A DNA stretch of 7,995 nucleotides from Octopus sinensis (lineage: Eukaryota): assembly GCF_006345805.1 (NCBI RefSeq), contig NW_021828557.1, positions 1 through 7,995 on the forward strand. The letters are read 5' to 3'. This document shows, one piece after another, positions 7,001-7,995 of the stretch (its first letter is position 1; every line of letters begins with the position of its first letter). The notes under the pieces are model-generated. The model made no database searches. It saw nothing but the letters and a program-made list of their open reading frames with translations, and had not been told where the DNA came from. Position numbers and translations under genes: made by a program.

Positions 7001-7863
7001 TTGGGTCGACATCATATTTTTTTTTCATTTATTTTAATCCTTATTTTTCACAAACAATTTTTGAAAATCATTTGATAGAATATTCTCCATCGTTCATGAC
7101 CTCTTGCCAACGTTCCATAGCTTGTCATTGCCTTCATTGTAGAATTCACCGAGTCTTAATTCGAATATTCACCGAGCCACATTTTCAGCTCTACGTCGTT
7201 CTTAAACAAAACGCCTCGCAAACTACTGGCGAGCGACTGAAAAGAGTAATAATCTGAAGGCGTTATACCAAGAGAATACGATGGGTGCGGTAGAACTTCC
7301 CAACCGAGCTCTTGAATAGTAAAGTGAAGGCAAGCGTTTTTATGTTGAAGAAGCACGCTGTATCCCTGGTCTGATTGTTTCAGCTGCATTACCCTTCGAC
7401 AGAAGGTAACGGGCGACGGTATCATGAGAGAATCCTTTCTACTGGTTCAGTTCCCCAGTGGATGAGATCAGTCAATCGATCCTCACTAAACTGATCAGGC
7501 CAATTGGAAAGCAAGAAGTTTGTGTGCCTAAATTTCCCTTTCTTGAATCATGGAAACCATTTCTGTGTTGAAGCTCTGTCTCCGCGTGCAGAACAAATGT
7601 CTCAAGCAGTTTCGGCAGCTTTTGAACCATAAATGGAAACGAAGAGAAGGAAGAGAAGCAGTTATCGAAAATACACATTTTTATTTACTTGGCATCGTCC
7701 CATCTTAAATAGGATGAAATTCATCGCAATTTAAAAAATGACATAGACAAAAGCTGTTGAGGATGAACAAAACTATAATACAATAAAACATAAAACACTA
7801 CGATAAAGATATTTGTCGAGTTAATTCGTGGAAAAAAGCGACCGAATTTAACTGACAACCCAA
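7001..7863 (-). mobile_element. mariner (Tc1/mariner, D34D-type) transposon relic with internal deletion
   Basis: The transposase remnant at 7068-7703 is bracketed by degenerate inverted ends, TTGGGTCGACA (7001-7011) and TGACAACCCAA (7853-7863), which match at 9/11 positions. TA lies at 7864-7865 and AA at 6999-7000. UTR lengths (~160 and ~67 bp) are typical of mariners. The TIR calls are tentative. Confidence 0.8.
7068..7703 (-). pseudogene. mariner transposase pseudogene
   Basis: From the ATG at 7703 it reads MGRCQVNKNVYFR*LLLF...GSKAAETA*DIC...TQKWFP*FKKG (helix-turn-helix region) and ...HDTVARYL. It then jumps to VLLQHKNA (HDNA equivalent), ELGWEVLPHPSYSLGITPSDY (YSPDLAPSD equivalent) and ERWQEVMNDGEYSIK*, with the stop at 7070-7068. 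It contains in-frame stops and frameshifts, and the central WVPHEL/first-Asp region is absent. Confidence 0.9.
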
Positions 7864-7995
7864 TACTTACGTAAGAAACCATTATTAAATAATTTGATAC
7901 TGTTTTAACACCAAATACTGTGGCTCTTTCCACTTTTCGTTCTTTGTATGTCAGTAGTGTATTATATCGTCTTTCTAGATTCCATTAAAAATCTT

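Noticed and set aside
5452-7028. ORFs 5452-5661, 6808-6999 and 6819-7028
   Set aside because: They are produced by microsatellite tracts (YI, SL and ER repeats).
7144-7176. 10-bp direct repeat ATTCACCGAG in the mariner
   Set aside because: It may simply reflect similar EF/EY codons in the native transposase or a small local duplication. Not informative without a consensus.

Overview
Eukaryotic, transposon-derived, non-genic DNA. The host is probably a cephalopod (Octopus-like): the SINE bodies match octopus repeats as I recall them, and the background is AT-rich and microsatellite-dense. This is an inference, not a database result. (1) 1-3232 (+) is the 3' part of a Helitron, with a multiply frameshifted Rep/PIF1-helicase gene and a canonical hairpin+CTAG 3' end. 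All three HUH-Rep motifs are present, the helicase P-loop is displaced by a frameshift, and the helicase core is deleted. (2) 3233-4537 holds a (TA)n tract, a ~128-bp direct repeat pair, a compound (GAT)n/(GGTCGT)n microsatellite and a second, different Helitron-type 3' end. (3) At 4860-4921 (-) all the catalytic-core elements of a hammerhead ribozyme and three complementary stems occur in a reversed order that is not a circular permutation. This is the most interesting signal in the window. (4) There are two tRNA-type SINE copies on the - strand, one flanked by a 14-bp target-site duplication (TSD) and apparently lacking its promoter. (5) A long pyrimidine tract is followed by an old, internally deleted mariner element (7001-7863, -). 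No intact host gene is supported.
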